Shown: piece after piece, positions 12,895 through 26,350 of the stretch
How the letters are laid out: the number at the start of each line of letters is the position of its first letter
Position numbering within the stretch: the first letter of the stretch is position 1
NCBI RefSeq assembly: GCF_001194135.2
Contig: NC_068981.1
Location: forward strand, 84,066,108-84,130,107
Direction: 5' to 3'
From: Octopus bimaculoides
Taxonomy: Eukaryota
Length of the DNA stretch: 64,000 nt
Notes under the pieces: model-generated
What the model saw: only the letters and a program-made list of their open reading frames with translations
The model's database searches: none
Told to the model about the DNA's origin: nothing
Program-made: the position numbers and the translations under genes

Positions 12895-13530
12895 GCAAGA
12901 GAGAGGAAGAGTGAGAGAGATCTACAGAGAGGAGAGATAGAAGTAACGAGAGAAGGAGAGAGAAAAAAGAGCGACCTGTACATAGAGCGAAAGACAGAGA
13001 AAGAGAGAGAAAGAGGGGCTGGAAAGAGAGCTACAGAGAGAAGGAGATATAGAAGTGAAGAGAGGTGAGAGAGAAGGAGATATAGAAGTGAAGAGAGGTG
13101 AGAGTGAAAAGTGTGACTTAAACATAAGCGAGAGACAGCGAGAGAGAGAGAGGGAGAAAGGCCTAGAGAGAGAAAGAGAGATAGAAGTGAAGAAGGAAGT
13201 AGGAAGAGAGAAAAGAGCGAAAAGAGTTACAGAGAGAAGGAAATATAGAAGTGAAGAGAGAAGGAGAAAGAGAGAAAAAAGGACTTACATATAGAACAAA
13301 AGACAGTGAGAGAGAGAGAGAGGGGGGGAGAAGGGAGAAAGACCTACAGAGAGAAAGGCACATAGGAGGGAAGAAGGAAGTAGAGAGATAGAAAGAGGGT
13401 GGGAAAGAGAGAAAGAGAGAGAAGGTGGGGGAATCTACAGGCAGAAGGAGAGATGGAAGAGAAGAAAGACAGTGCGAGACAGAGGTGGGGGGGGGCAGAG
13501 AGGTCGATAGAGAGACGGAGAGAGATACAT
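12895..13530 (+). repeat. Polypurine (GA-rich) tract with degenerate ctacagagagaaggagatatagaagtgaagagag units
   Basis: Unit recurs near 12922, 13031, 13071, 13163 and 13228. Confidence 0.8.
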
Positions 13531-13827
13531 AAATAACTAAATACATACAAACGAAGGAAGTGTGAAGATAGGTATTTGAAGTGAGAAGACGAGTCGGAGA
13601 ATCGGTCGTGAAGAAAGAGATTAGAGGTGGAGAGGGAGAGAAAAATAAAACAGAGATGATGGTTCTTTAATGAAACATTTTACGACATACTGCCAGAGAG
13701 GATCTGTCGATAATTGTGTCTTATAGACTTAATTATAACAGTTCTCGTCTCCTCTTGCCGCTGTTTTATTTGAGGCCACTGATGGATTGCACTCATTGCG
13801 CCTGTTGGTGTGCATGTGTGCGTGTAC

Positions 13828-13867
<40 letters not shown>

Positions 13868-14273
13868 GTGTGTGTGTGTACTTATACAAGTATGTGTTTG
13901 AGTGTAGGTATCTTTCTATACATATATTTGTGCTTGTGCGTGCGTGTGTGTGTATATGTGTGTGTCTGAGTGTATGCATGTTTATGTGTATGCATGTATA
14001 TATATGCATGTATGTACGCACGTATATATTGATACACGTATATATTGATACACGTATGCATGTATGTATATAGGTTTGTATGCTTGTATATGTGTGAGTG
14101 TGTGTTTGGTTGTGTCTAGATTTGTCCATGTGTGTACGCATATGCATATGTGACAGTGTCTGCTTTGGCTTGAGGACTGTGTGTTCATTTGAGCTCTAAT
14201 TGAAAGTATAAATACGCATGCGTCTTGTATCTATTTATGCCCTTTAATTTATAGGTGTTTGTGTCTGTATGTA

Positions 14274-15128
14274 AGAGGAGGTATCAAAGGTTCCCGGACT
14301 AGTTATATTTAATAAAGAATAACTTATGTACCTAAGTTTTGACAACATCCTCGAAGTAGTCACCTTACGGAGCAATACACCGGTCTCAGCGTTCCTGCCA
14401 CTTTTGCAATCCGGACTGGAAGTCGTTTTCCGTAAGCGAGTTGAGGACTTTGACTTTCTGCGATTCCATCTTGATCTCGACAACGGTGTTAAAACGGTGA
14501 CCTCTGAGCTGCATTTCCGTCTTGGAGATTAGAGCGGGGGTGGGAGCGATACCATGCAGCTTTTGGCAAGAAACTCACGAGTGAGATGAGCCCGGTGAAG
14601 AATCCAATTCTTCGCGCTCCACAGATCTGGTTGCTCTCGCGGAATGTCTTCCCTCAAACTTTTGAAAGCATCGCAGTAGAATTGACAGTCTGGCCTTGGG
14701 GGGGGGGGGCAAATTCTGGGTGTCACATTTCCGGGAGTGACGCTCGTGGAAGGTCTCCCACATCGCTCATCGTCTTCCAGGGACGTTCCGCATTTTGAAG
14801 CGCACGTGCCACTTGAAACATTGCCTACGACACATTGCCGCGTTACGATAAGCTTGCTGAAGCATGCTCAATGTCTCTGTAGCAGACCTCCCAAGTTTAA
14901 TGCAAAAAATTTCACGTTGGCTCTTTGCTCCTGTCTTTGGCAAGATCGCGGACTACAGCATATGCGTGATCACAAAAGCACAAATTTCACAACATTCAAA
15001 GTAAACAATGGGTGTCGTTCGGTGCACTGCCTTATGAAGGTAACTGTTAGCTCTCACTGAACAAACGGTGCGCTGTAATGTGTTGGCGCGCTACAGAACT
15101 AGTCCGGGAACTGTTTGCTACCACCTCG
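14274..15128 (-). mobile_element. Internally deleted mariner transposon with both TIRs
   Basis: TIRs agaggaggtatcaaaggttcccggactagtt (14274-14304) and aactagtccgggaactgtttgctaccacctcg (15097-15128), TA on both sides. Minus strand encodes EQRANVKF..IKLGRSATETLSMLQQAY..QCFKWHVRFK (HTH region) and QFYCDAFKSLREDIPREQPDLWSAKNWILH (catalytic region); the DETW segment is absent. Confidence 0.9.
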
Positions 15129-17562
15129 TATACGTTTGTTTCTTTCTCATGGAAATATGTATATATACGTGGTGTCTAGATTGACTCCGTGCGCTTTTGC
15201 GTTTTGCACAGTGTTGAGCATTTTGTCTTCATGTACGTGTTTTTCATGCATTCAAATTATTGACCGCTATCCTGGGTATTCAGATATATCTATTTGTAGG
15301 CTATATGTTTTTGAACGTTTATATATAATATACATTTGTACGTGAAATACATTATATTTTTTACAACTTGACTCCCAGATTACTGAGAGACTAAAACGAT
15401 GAACGATTAGGTATCATTCACTTGTATCTGTGAAATACTTATTTCTCTCTGATCACCTTTCGCCATTGACATTAATGTTTTACAGCCAAGTGGCTATTGC
15501 AGGTTATTGCAGTAAAACTGTGGTCATGTTATTTAAAATTCCCAATGGGCAAGTGCTGTTAGCTGAAACAATTACCGCGGGGCTCCGTAATAATAATGTA
15601 AAAGTACGGATTGTTTTACTACATTTCACAGCTCGGTTCAACTATTTCCCAAGTGTTCCGTTGTGATACTAAAACCTTTGTAATTTTCATGTGAATTAAC
15701 GTCTTAACGCAGTTTGTATATATATTGGTATTGATATATTTGTATATGTATATATGTGAGATATTTTGAAGGTTATTGTGTTTGTTAAATAGTGTCTGTG
15801 TGTTTAAATCTTCCGTTTATTATGTCGTTATATAAATTGCATTAAAATAACGGTGCTTATATTTAATGTTTCGTATGCTTGCATACGTTTGTATATAAGT
15901 AAGCCTTAAAGTAGTGTAGTGCGATCACTTATGTGTATTTGTATGTGAGTGTATGTTTATGTGAATGTGTACGCTTACTGCCATGTACGTATGTGTGTGA
16001 TGTGTGTGCATGTGTCTGTTGTATGTGGTTTGGGACTCTGAATGTGTTAAGACTCAGTTTCTGAATATGTATTCATGTTTAATGTGTTTTGTATTCGTGT
16101 TTATTCCATTCTTAAGTTGTGTGTATGCTGTTATATGTCTGCACTTGTGTGTTTTGTGCTTTACATCTTAAAGATTATTCGTATTTATGTTAGTTCGTGC
16201 TTGATGAGTGTATGTGTTCATGTATATCGTGCAATAGTGTGTGTGTGTGTGTGAGCGTGTGTTTCTGTGGGTGCGAGCGCGTGGTTTAATGTAGTTATAT
16301 TTCATGCTTTTTTTTCTTTTCTTCAGTCATCTGCGCTTTTGTCTGGCCGTCGTTTTAAATACTTCCATTTTGTTTTATAACTTTATGCGAAAAGGATGGC
16401 GTTTCTAGACAATTGAACAAGTCTGACTATGTGTGCCTGTATGTTTGTCATTTGCTACGTAAGTGTAAATGCATTCGTCGGAGTCATTGCGTATACGTGT
16501 GCGTGCTTGTTTTAACTCATTCTTTCATTCGGTTTGTTCTCATTTTATTACTAGATTGTCGAAAGAATTGTCCAGATTTACACAAACTTAAATTGACATT
16601 ATTGAATGAATCTCCGAAATTTTATATCAGTTAGAGTCAATGAAGTATTGAAGTTTAATCACTTTTTAACGAGGAATTCATTCCATTCCTTCCAGCTTAT
16701 TGATATAGCCTAATAAATTTCTCTTCTGTCTTTGTTGCCTCACCAGCTTCTGTCCCGTTCTTGTCACTTTATACCCAGTAGCAGTTGTGGTCACGTGCCA
16801 GAAAAAAATGTAGAGGGAACCATAATTTCATCAAGTGATGTATTGCATCTTTACAATCAACACACGCGTGTACAAACCTTTTTCTGAGACCCTGAAATTC
16901 AAATTCATATGTGTGAGTGTTCATGCTTGTATGTGGTGTTATATGTTGCTATATGAAATGTTCGTGTGATTTTATGTGTGTACTGAGATTAATAATGCTT
17001 AAACCTATGTACACAGCAATTGCGACGACGATTTGTCCAGGTCAGTCACCAATTTTGGTACTTAAAACCAAAGTAGAAGAGATTTCGCAGTGCTCAATGC
17101 CAGTATTTTAATAGTTAAGTTATATTTTGCCGTACAGTTTTGGGACCAGATATAAAAATAATGTAAAATTGAATACTATTTGGAGTTTCCTAAAGCAGTG
17201 GTGATAGTATAAAGGATGTGGAATCTATTTGCATTAATAGCGGGATTTAAGATGGGACATTTTCTATTTTCACTTCATTTTGAGGTTGAAATTTGTCTTT
17301 TATTACACTGGTTTGATTTTAGAGCATTTTAAACTTGTTCTTAAATGACAGAACAACTTACCTAAGTTATTTCTTAGTTTGTTAACAGAGATTTTTCATG
17401 AAATAATACATTCTAAGCACATGACCATAAATAGAAATGTAGAAATCATTACTGGCATTTTTATGCTTTCATGAATATATACGTTTCATTGAGTCAACAG
17501 CATCCTTCTTGAATTATGCAGGCAAAAAGAAGAAAGATACCCAACATGCTGGGTTCGATCAC

Positions 17563-17768
17563 TGTTATGTCTCAACGCTACTGCTATCTAGCACGTTCGG
17601 ATGATCTCTACTCAACCGCTACACAACTGCTACACAACTGCTACTCGACTGCTACTCGACTGCTACTCAACACTCCTACCACGGCCAGACTACCTCTATT
17701 TATATTCTTGGGAGATCCTACTTCTTCGCCTGGGGGCGTCGACACAACAATCACCACGCTTAATAACA
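17563..17768 (-). mobile_element. Solo-LTR-like 206-bp element
   Basis: TGTTAT...ATAACA termini, minus-strand TATAAATA, internal 11-bp tandem repeat (gctacWcRact), purine run ggaaaaagtg immediately upstream on the minus strand; only a 3-bp flanking match (cac). Confidence 0.45.
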
Positions 17769-17874
17769 CACTTTTTCCGTCGTGGGCTTATATACTCCAA
17801 TGTTAGACTATTTTCTATAACCGATATACGGTGAACCCTTATAAACTTAGAGCTTATGATTATTATATACAGAT

Positions 17875-18028
17875 AGGCGTGGCTGGGTTAGAATCTTGCT
17901 TCTCAACCACATAGTTCAGGGTTCAGACCCACTGCCTGGCACCTTATACAAGTGTCTTCTACTATAGCCTCAGACCGACCAAAGCCTTGTGGGTGGATTT
18001 GGTAGACGGAAACTGAAAGAAGCCAATC

Positions 18029-18069
<41 letters not shown>

Positions 18070-18304
18070 TGTGTGTGTGTGTGTGCTTATTTGTATGTGT
18101 GTCTGTGTTTGTCCCCTCATCATCGCTTGACAGCCGATGCTGGTATGTTTACGTCTCTGTAACTTAGCGGTTCGACAAAAAAAGATGGATAGAATAAGTA
18201 CTAGACTTAGAAAGAATAAATCCTGGGGTTGATTTGTTCGACGAGAAGCAGTGTTCCAGCATGGCCACAGTCAAATGACTGAAACAAGTAAAAGGATAAA
18301 AGAA
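17875..18304 (+). mobile_element. SINE family A, near full length
   Basis: tRNA-like head, caagtgtcttctactatagcc...gacggaaactgaaagaagcc, internal (TG)n, tail tcaaatgactgaaacaagtaaaag. Confidence 0.9.
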
Positions 18305-18312
18305 TGTGTGTG

Positions 18313-18358
<46 letters not shown>

Positions 18359-19267
18359 CTCGTATGTATGTATGTATTTATACGCATAGATACAAGATGG
18401 TAAATATCTGAAAGGGAATGAGATGTGTAATTTAGTGTGAAAGACTGTTGTTTAACAAGATTGCTGTTGGTTTGAACTTCCTGTGTGTATGTTAGATGAA
18501 TTACTACAAAATTTCATTTGGTATCTGATAATGTGATACGATGTTTCAGTTATTTTGTTATTTCATATAACAATATTAGAGAGATGAGCCTGATTATTGC
18601 CATTTGATGGCAGTTTCTAAAGCAGAGCATACATTTCAATACCAATTAAACAAAGAAATATGAATAGGGATGTGCATAGAGAGAAAAATAATACGGTTCC
18701 ACAACCATGTAGCAGATTGCATTGTAAAGGGCAAAAGAAATGTAGATGCTTATCTAAACATATACTGTAATTTTTGAAAAAGTATGCAAAGATGAAGAAC
18801 AATGAAATATATAGATAACCGAACCTAACATCATGATCACAACAATCACTACTGTCGACGTTCTTGACGTCATCGTCGTCGTCGTCGTCGTCGTCGTTGT
18901 CACCATTGACAATCTTTATCATCGTTTTTGTCGTCCTCCTGTTCCACCTCCTCATCGTCATCGTCATTATCGTGGTCGTCATAATCATCATCATCTACAA
19001 CAACAACAATAACAACACCAACAACAACAACAACTTCAGTTTCATTTTAACTGAAGACTACTACGTGAATACTGAATACATCGCCAACAAAAATACGCGC
19101 ATCATTAACAAGAGCAAATATGATTACTGCCATTAAAATTGCCGTTTATAAAATAGTCATGGTTATGTGGTAAAGAAATTCGCTTTTCGACTATTTTGTT
19201 GTTTCGGATTCGATCCATCTGAGAAAATGTTTGATCTTGATCAACTGGAGCCTAGAATAGTCTATAC

Positions 19268-19723
19268 CAGTGATTTATAAAATAGGGCATACGCCCCACC
19301 GGTGGAGCCTGGGAAAACTGGTGGAGCTTGGGAAAATTGGTGGAGCCAGGGAAAACTGGTGGAGCCAGGGAAAACTAGTGGAGCCAGGGAAAATTGGTGG
19401 AACCAGGGAAAACTGGTGGAACGTGAAATACATATTTTTTTCTCTTTTTGTTTTTTTTTTTTAGTGGGACATAGAATTGTGAAAATCTTTTTTCCACAGT
19501 AAACATACTACACCTATACACAGCCTAGCCAAACGAATCCCTTCAGCCAAGCATACTGTGTGAAGACTGCCTGCTACAATATAGCGCTATTCTAATGCCC
19601 AAGTAGAAATTATATAATTATGAAATATTTAAAATAAAGTTGGCTTTTTCCAACCACTGCAGGGCATATATTTTTCTACAAAATTATAGTGGGACTTGGG
19701 GAAAAATACGTTGGGAAACACTG
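19268..19723. mobile_element. Possible hAT/Charlie-type MITE containing a minisatellite
   Basis: Starts CAGTGATTT after gtctatac and ends gttgggaaacactg; an 8-bp duplication is not recoverable on the right. Confidence 0.35.
19301..19422 (+). repeat. 19-bp minisatellite (ggtggagccagggaaaact), 6 units plus a partial unit
   Basis: Units start at 19301, 19320, 19339, 19358, 19377, 19396 and 19415, with no spacers. Confidence 0.95.
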
Positions 19724-20384
19724 ACCAATAGCCTCAAGTTAACAACGCAACTCGAGTTGGGTAAAATGTGTCAGATGGGAAACAGTTGCACAACATTTTT
19801 ATAAGAACGTACACTCTCTCTCGAACCCCTTTCTTGCCTATGTATTTTCCTGCAAACATCGACTTGCAGCATTAATCACGTCCAGATGACTACCCGCAGA
19901 AGCTCGCATAAGTATATGGATCTCCGTCGGTTTCGACTTTGAAGATTCAGTTACTCGATCAACTGAACTACATACAAGTTAAATTAGCGTCGCAGTATGG
20001 GAGCATTAAAACAGTCACCTGTTGAGTTACGTGACTGAGAATTAGTTCAACGAAAATACAATGTTAACATATAGGTAGAATCTATACGATGGGTTTCTGC
20101 GCATTTTATGCCAACCCATTTTCCCTCACAAGGCTTGGTTTCCACTCAGTACAACTGCACTAAGGAATTGCCCAAAATATCAAGCAATGCGAACGAAGCC
20201 GAGAACTCGTGATTGCAAAGTGAATTTCATAACCGTTTGGTTACGGTGCATTCACTTAATTTTTATAACACTGCTCTCTAGAAATTCTACAGCAACGTCT
20301 TTCACACATACACACACACATACACACACACACCACACGCACATGTGTATATGTATATATACATATATGTGTGTGTGTTTGAGT

Positions 20385-20432
<48 letters not shown>

Positions 20433-21026
20433 GTATCGTGTATGTATGTATATATGTATTTATGAATGTGAGCATACAGCGATACATAAATACATACGTG
20501 TATATGTGGTGTGTGCGTGTTTATCTACGCATGCATGTACGTATACGTGTTATGTATGTTTTAAAATTTGCTATTCAAAAGAGTATTGTTAACAAGTAAA
20601 TGTCTAATACTATTTGGATGTAAGCGATAATACTGTTTATTGAATAACATTAATATCTCAGACACTACTCTCAATATAATAACGTGGTCATCATTAGAAA
20701 ATCTCGTTCAGAAATCAATAAGAAATTTATCGTTTCAACTTACATATTTATTCAATATATATTTTTAATGATAGTTTTCTTTTTTAATCAGTGTAAGATG
20801 AAAAGGCTAATAATCGTTTTCAGATTCGTTGAGTACGGAAAATAAATCCATTCAGTATTGTTCTAATTGATGAATAGAATTTGTGATTAATATTGTTATA
20901 TTGTTAATATTAATATTGTTAAATGTATTATTACATTGTAAACATAGACAAGGGTACATAAACGCATAAAACCACATGCGCATACACACAGAGTTGCTTA
21001 CTAACATACTTATATATATATCCACA

Positions 21027-21064
<38 letters not shown>

Positions 21065-21323
21065 TGTGTATGTGTGTGTGTGTGTGTGTGTGTGTACATA
21101 CACACTCACAAAGTAAGAGAAACAGACGGTGACAGAGTGGTTTGGTGATGCAATCAAGAAAAACAACTCAAAACATTTCTATATTTTTATAAATATATGT
21201 ATGTATGTATGTATGTGTATGTATGCATTTATGCATGTGTATGTGTGTGTGTATTTATGTATGCCTATACACATAGACGCATTCATGTATATAGTCATAA
21301 ATATCATATATAGATATATATAT

Positions 21324-21355
21324 ACAAACTTAGAGTGTGAGAGGAGTACAACTTA

Positions 21356-21386
<31 letters not shown>

Positions 21387-21396
21387 NNNNNNNNNN

Positions 21397-21434
<38 letters not shown>

Positions 21435-21537
21435 CTGTAAACATATGTGACACTATAAGTGTCACATATTTTTACAGATAAATTCCTCTATTTGCATAAT
21501 ATCGAGGTCTCTTTCTTTCTTTTGTTGCCATGCCTAT

Positions 21538-21578
<41 letters not shown>

Positions 21579-21609
21579 TAAGTTGTACTCCTCTCACACT
21601 AAGTTTTGT
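21324..21609. repeat. Nested inverted-repeat cassette
   Basis: Outer arms 21324-21356 and 21578-21609 (ttag..tgtgagaggagtacaacttag and its complement), each next to (TA)n; inner hairpin at 21432-21480. Confidence 0.8.
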
Positions 21610-21716
21610 TCCTATTCTTTTTATGCCCTCTTCAATAAGAAAAATATACTGTACCTATTGGTAACTGATTCCTATATGTAGTGGCTCTTCTAACAATTTA
21701 AACCCTCTGAAGTACA

Positions 21717-21747
<31 letters not shown>

Positions 21748-24122
21748 GTATGTGTGTGTGTGTATGTGTTTGAGTGTGTGTGTGTGTGCGTACGTGCGTA
21801 CGTGTGTGTGTGTGTGTAAGAGTGTCAGGTGTATGTGTGTGAGCTGTGTATAGCCCGAAACACACACACATACAGTTGTAGTGGAATAACTTATGAACCG
21901 ATAGCTGCAAAGTATGAAATCATTTTTAGCATATCGTTAAGGAAGACAAGACCAAACAAAAATGTCAGAAGGAAAATCATACACAAATGATATTGATGAG
22001 ATGGAAGAGAATTAGAGAGGTCCTTCGTATAGATTCATTTACAGGTTTTTGATACATCTTCGTTTCCGTTATTTTTATTCTCCCAATTTGTACGGAGAGC
22101 TTGGTCCTGGGTTGCAAATATCAACCTTTTTTCTTTCTTCAAAAAGCCTTTTTGTGGCTACTTTCATGATCCAATAATTTATATTTCTTCTGTATTCCTT
22201 ATAATATTTCCTTGAAACTTCTTGTGTTTTTTCCACAACAATTTTCTGTGTTCTTTCCACATATTTTTCAAATCATTACTTATGGTTTCCACGTTCCTCA
22301 GTAAGCATTCTTGCATGACTACACTTATTAGTCTCACTGGATGTTCTGATATACTTGGCCAGGTTCTCTTTCTTACTTTCAACACATTCGGTTATACTTA
22401 GCAGACTTCTACCTCATTCTTTTATGGGAATGTATATTCGTTCTACCTTACTCTGAGGATGCATTAACTGGTCGCTATGATTTTACTTGAATATTTGATT
22501 TTAGAAATTTTAACAGATTTATGTATCTTAGCAAAACAGATGCATTGAATGATGACTCGTTCTAACCACAATGGCTGTCACAGTAACTCAAACAACTTAT
22601 CTCTAAATTGTATTCAAACGAAGAAAGAGAATTAGAAAAAATAAATAACACTAAAAGCAAATATACAGACAAAGCTTCAAGCGTAAACATTCATATTCAC
22701 AATTGTCGAATAAAAACAAATAATATAGTGCTGGAAACATTAATCAAAGTGAAACAAAACGTCGCAGTAGCAATGCTACCATCGTCAATTACACTACAAA
22801 AATAGCAGACATGTTTTGCATACATTTTGGGTCAGAAAGAACGATTTATTTGAGCCATCTTAAGTAAAAAGAGACGTAGAATCTTAGAGAGAGTCAGGTG
22901 CTGGACCGACATGCTGTATAGTTGCTTGGGTCTGGTTTTAACCAGATCTTCAAGTGATGTCAAATAATGATGAAATGATGAGCAGTACGGCTAGTTTCAC
23001 CCAAAAACGAGCTGAGAGGGAAATATCTCTGAATGATTGGGCTTAAATGCCGAACGCAAACAAAGCTTTCGTCGTATATTACGACGTATATGCCTGAGTG
23101 AGTCTTAACCTAGTTTACGTTTGACCATATTGGAAAGTCTGTTCTTTTGCTTCTTGTGATTAAGAGACGTGTAACACTTGTCAGACAATCCAATGGCTGC
23201 TAACACCTACTATGTTGTTATGAAATGCATAGGCAACAGAGAATCCTGAACCGTGAAAAAATGGTCACCGTAAGTCAGGCATGTTTTCCCCTGGCCCGTC
23301 TCCTTGACTGTATTCATTGATCAACAAAAGGAGGATGCTTAACATTTAGAATGTACCCAGGCGCGATGAAATTCACTTTTAGTTTTCTTCCAATGAAAAC
23401 TGGTAGAGAAAAGTGTCTACGTTTGGAGGAAAACTGTAGCGACGCTGAGAATGTATTAGGTGGCCTATCCCGAAAGATTTTCAACCAAAGTACAAGAAAA
23501 AAATTCCAGAAATACATGACCTGGACATATTACTTAAGGGAATTTCTGAGTCAAGAGATTTTCTTCTTGCTGCTGGGTTATACCGAGATGTGTGCATGGC
23601 GGTATAACCGTTCCGTGCACAATTGTTCAGTACTCGATTATTGTTGACTTGATTGGCGGGCGGTTTTTCTATGTCTAGCGGACACGATTGGAATGATTGA
23701 GGATAGACATATTTTGGTCATGCTCTCTTTAACTTACTCAAGTCAACTTAAAGAGGCAAGACAGGACACTATGTTTCTAGAGGGTGCAAATCTCCTACAT
23801 GAATGTGACGAGAATGGTCCAAATGAATGGGTATAATCCAAAGCATGTACCATTAGACAGGAAATCGAAGTTTGGATAGAGCTCTTACTTGGTACTGAGT
23901 GTAATTCTGTATTTTTGGGGCTTCCTTCACTAAGTTGTCTGGAAACTAAGATGAGTTCTTCTTAATTTCTTTTCTAGTGTTTATACTGTTGTTTTTTCAT
24001 AACTATTCTTTTCTTTCCTTGTTCTGAAAAACTTCTGCCCACTGTCAAACTTGTCCTTCTAATGTCTCCTTATATATTGCCCTTGTAGCAATAATAAAGA
24101 ATAAATATTATTATTATTATTA

Positions 24123-24243
<121 letters not shown>

Positions 24244-24838
24244 GATAATAAATATTTCAGTCTTGAATATCATTAAAACAGTATGAACATCAGTAATATC
24301 TCCTTGTGAAGCATGGCGTCATGTTACTGTTGCTGGTACTGCTGCTGCTGATGATGATGATTATGATCGCCATGAAGATTGCTGCTAAAATAATTGTATT
24401 TTTAAAAGGGAAGAGAAAAAGCAGATATAGTATATTGCTTTTTTTTGTTTGTTTGTTTGTTTTGCTTCCTTTTGTTTTGCTGATAAGTTTATTCGTTTAT
24501 TCATTTCATTTTTATTTCTACTCACTATCACCTGTTTTGTTATCCTCTTCACAAAGCTTGCGATGTAAACTTAATTAGCAAAGATATTTACTCGAATTAT
24601 TTCAATGAATGTGTCAGCAGATTATATTTGGCCAACAGTTTTATTTGAAGCAGTGATTCAATGTAAAACCTTCTGTCTATTTAACTGAATTTGTTCTCCT
24701 TTTCCATCTTTATATCCTTTTCTCTACAGAAAATTATGCTTTATGAGGAGGGAATTGAGAAAATTGAGAGGAAATATAAAGTGTTTATTGTTGCAATATG
24801 TGTGGGAATATATGTATGCATTCATGTATTATGTGCAT

Positions 24839-24903
<65 letters not shown>

Positions 24904-25636
24904 NNNNNNNNNNNNNNNNNNNNNNNNNNNNNNNNNNNNNNNNNNNNNNNNNNNNNNNNNNNNNNNNNNNNNNNNNNNNNNNNNNNNNNNNNNNNNNNNN
25001 NNNNNNNNNNNNNNNNNNNNNNNNNATATATACATATATATACATATACATACATATACATACATACACATACACGATTATAAAAGAGTTTTACGATGAT
25101 AATACTGAAAAGAAGTGGCGGTGACACATTAGCAGGCATATAATATAACATAAAAAAGTCAATGCAACACACAGACAGACATTAAGTGAGAAGTAGAATA
25201 TTATGAAGCTGAATGGGCTGAGATTTATAAAGAATATGACAAGAAATACAAAGAATATTAGTTTCTAATATTCACATATATTCATCGATTTCGCTAGAAG
25301 ATAGATTTCAGATAGAGACATATTCCTCTTTTTCTCGATAACCTTATTAACGTATTGACGTAAACTAAATCTAAAATTTGCGTAGAGAATGTTTCGTATA
25401 AATGTGTAGCTTGAGACCATTTTAAGCAAAGGGAAATAAATGAGGAGGGGTGTATTATAAAGTGGCTACAACAATGTATTCTACCAACCTGAGCTACAAG
25501 TGAACAGGAAATCATAAGATATCAGAGTTAAAATGAGCTAGACCGTTCTCTCTAATGCCTGCACTATTGTAATGTTTGGGTGGGCCTTGTATTTCGAAAT
25601 CTCTGGGCCACATCATCATTTGCGTTGGGATTATAT

Positions 25637-26102
25637 TTTATCTTTTATCTGTTACTTGTTTCAGCTTGCCATTAGACTGTGCGGCCTTGCTGGAGCACCG
25701 CCTTGAAGAATTTTTAATCCAACGATTTGACCTCAGTATTTATTTTATCGGTTTCTTTTGTCTAACTGCTAATTAACGGAGACCTAAACAAAACAATGCC
25801 GGTTGTCGAGGGGAAAATGTAGGCACAAAGACACTCATGCACGAACACACATACACACACTCATCACACACACATCACACACACACACATCACACGCATG
25901 CACACACACACACATACACACACACACACACACACACATAAACACACATATATACGACAGAATTCTTTCAGTTTCAATCTACCAAATCCACTCACGATGT
26001 TTTGGTCGTCCCGGGTTATAGTAGTTACTTTCCCAAGGGAAAGAACAAAGAATCATTTGCTTGGGAAGCATACTTCATACCACACAGCCACACCTGTCCC
26101 TA
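25637..26102 (-). mobile_element. SINE family A, diverged
   Basis: Tail gctggagcaccgcctt and head cacacagccacacctgtccct; internal CA-rich tract. Confidence 0.8.
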
Positions 26103-26136
26103 TATATGATAGAAATTTTATGGAGGTGAATTGGGA

Positions 26137-26350
26137 TGGAGGTGAATTGACAGAATTGTCAGGGCAACGGAAAAAGTACTCTGCACTGTTCATGTTCCGT
26201 TCCTTTACGTTCGGAGTTCAAACCCGCTCAAGTCATATTTTGCATTTCGGAGTCGATAAAACAAAGTGCCAGTCAAGTGTTTAGGTCGACAGTATGGACT
26301 TACCCTCCCTTCAAAACCGGTGATTTTGTGCTTAAATTAGAAACTAATAT
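26137..26350 (+). mobile_element. SINE family C, diverged
   Basis: ggaggtgaattgacagaat...ttacgttcggagttcaaacccgc...gtcgataaaacaaagtgccagtc. Confidence 0.7.

Noticed and set aside
19301-19422. Direct repeats as a CRISPR array
   Set aside because: Head-to-tail units without spacers, eukaryotic context, no cas genes.
22075-22480. A-rich minus-strand ORF pieces as a Penelope N-terminal region
   Set aside because: Only compositional resemblance; no diagnostic motif.
23314-23517. SLPVFIGRKLKV resembling LLPIYMGRRITI of the 11.3-kb ORF1
   Set aside because: One short match; no zinc knuckle or further alignment.
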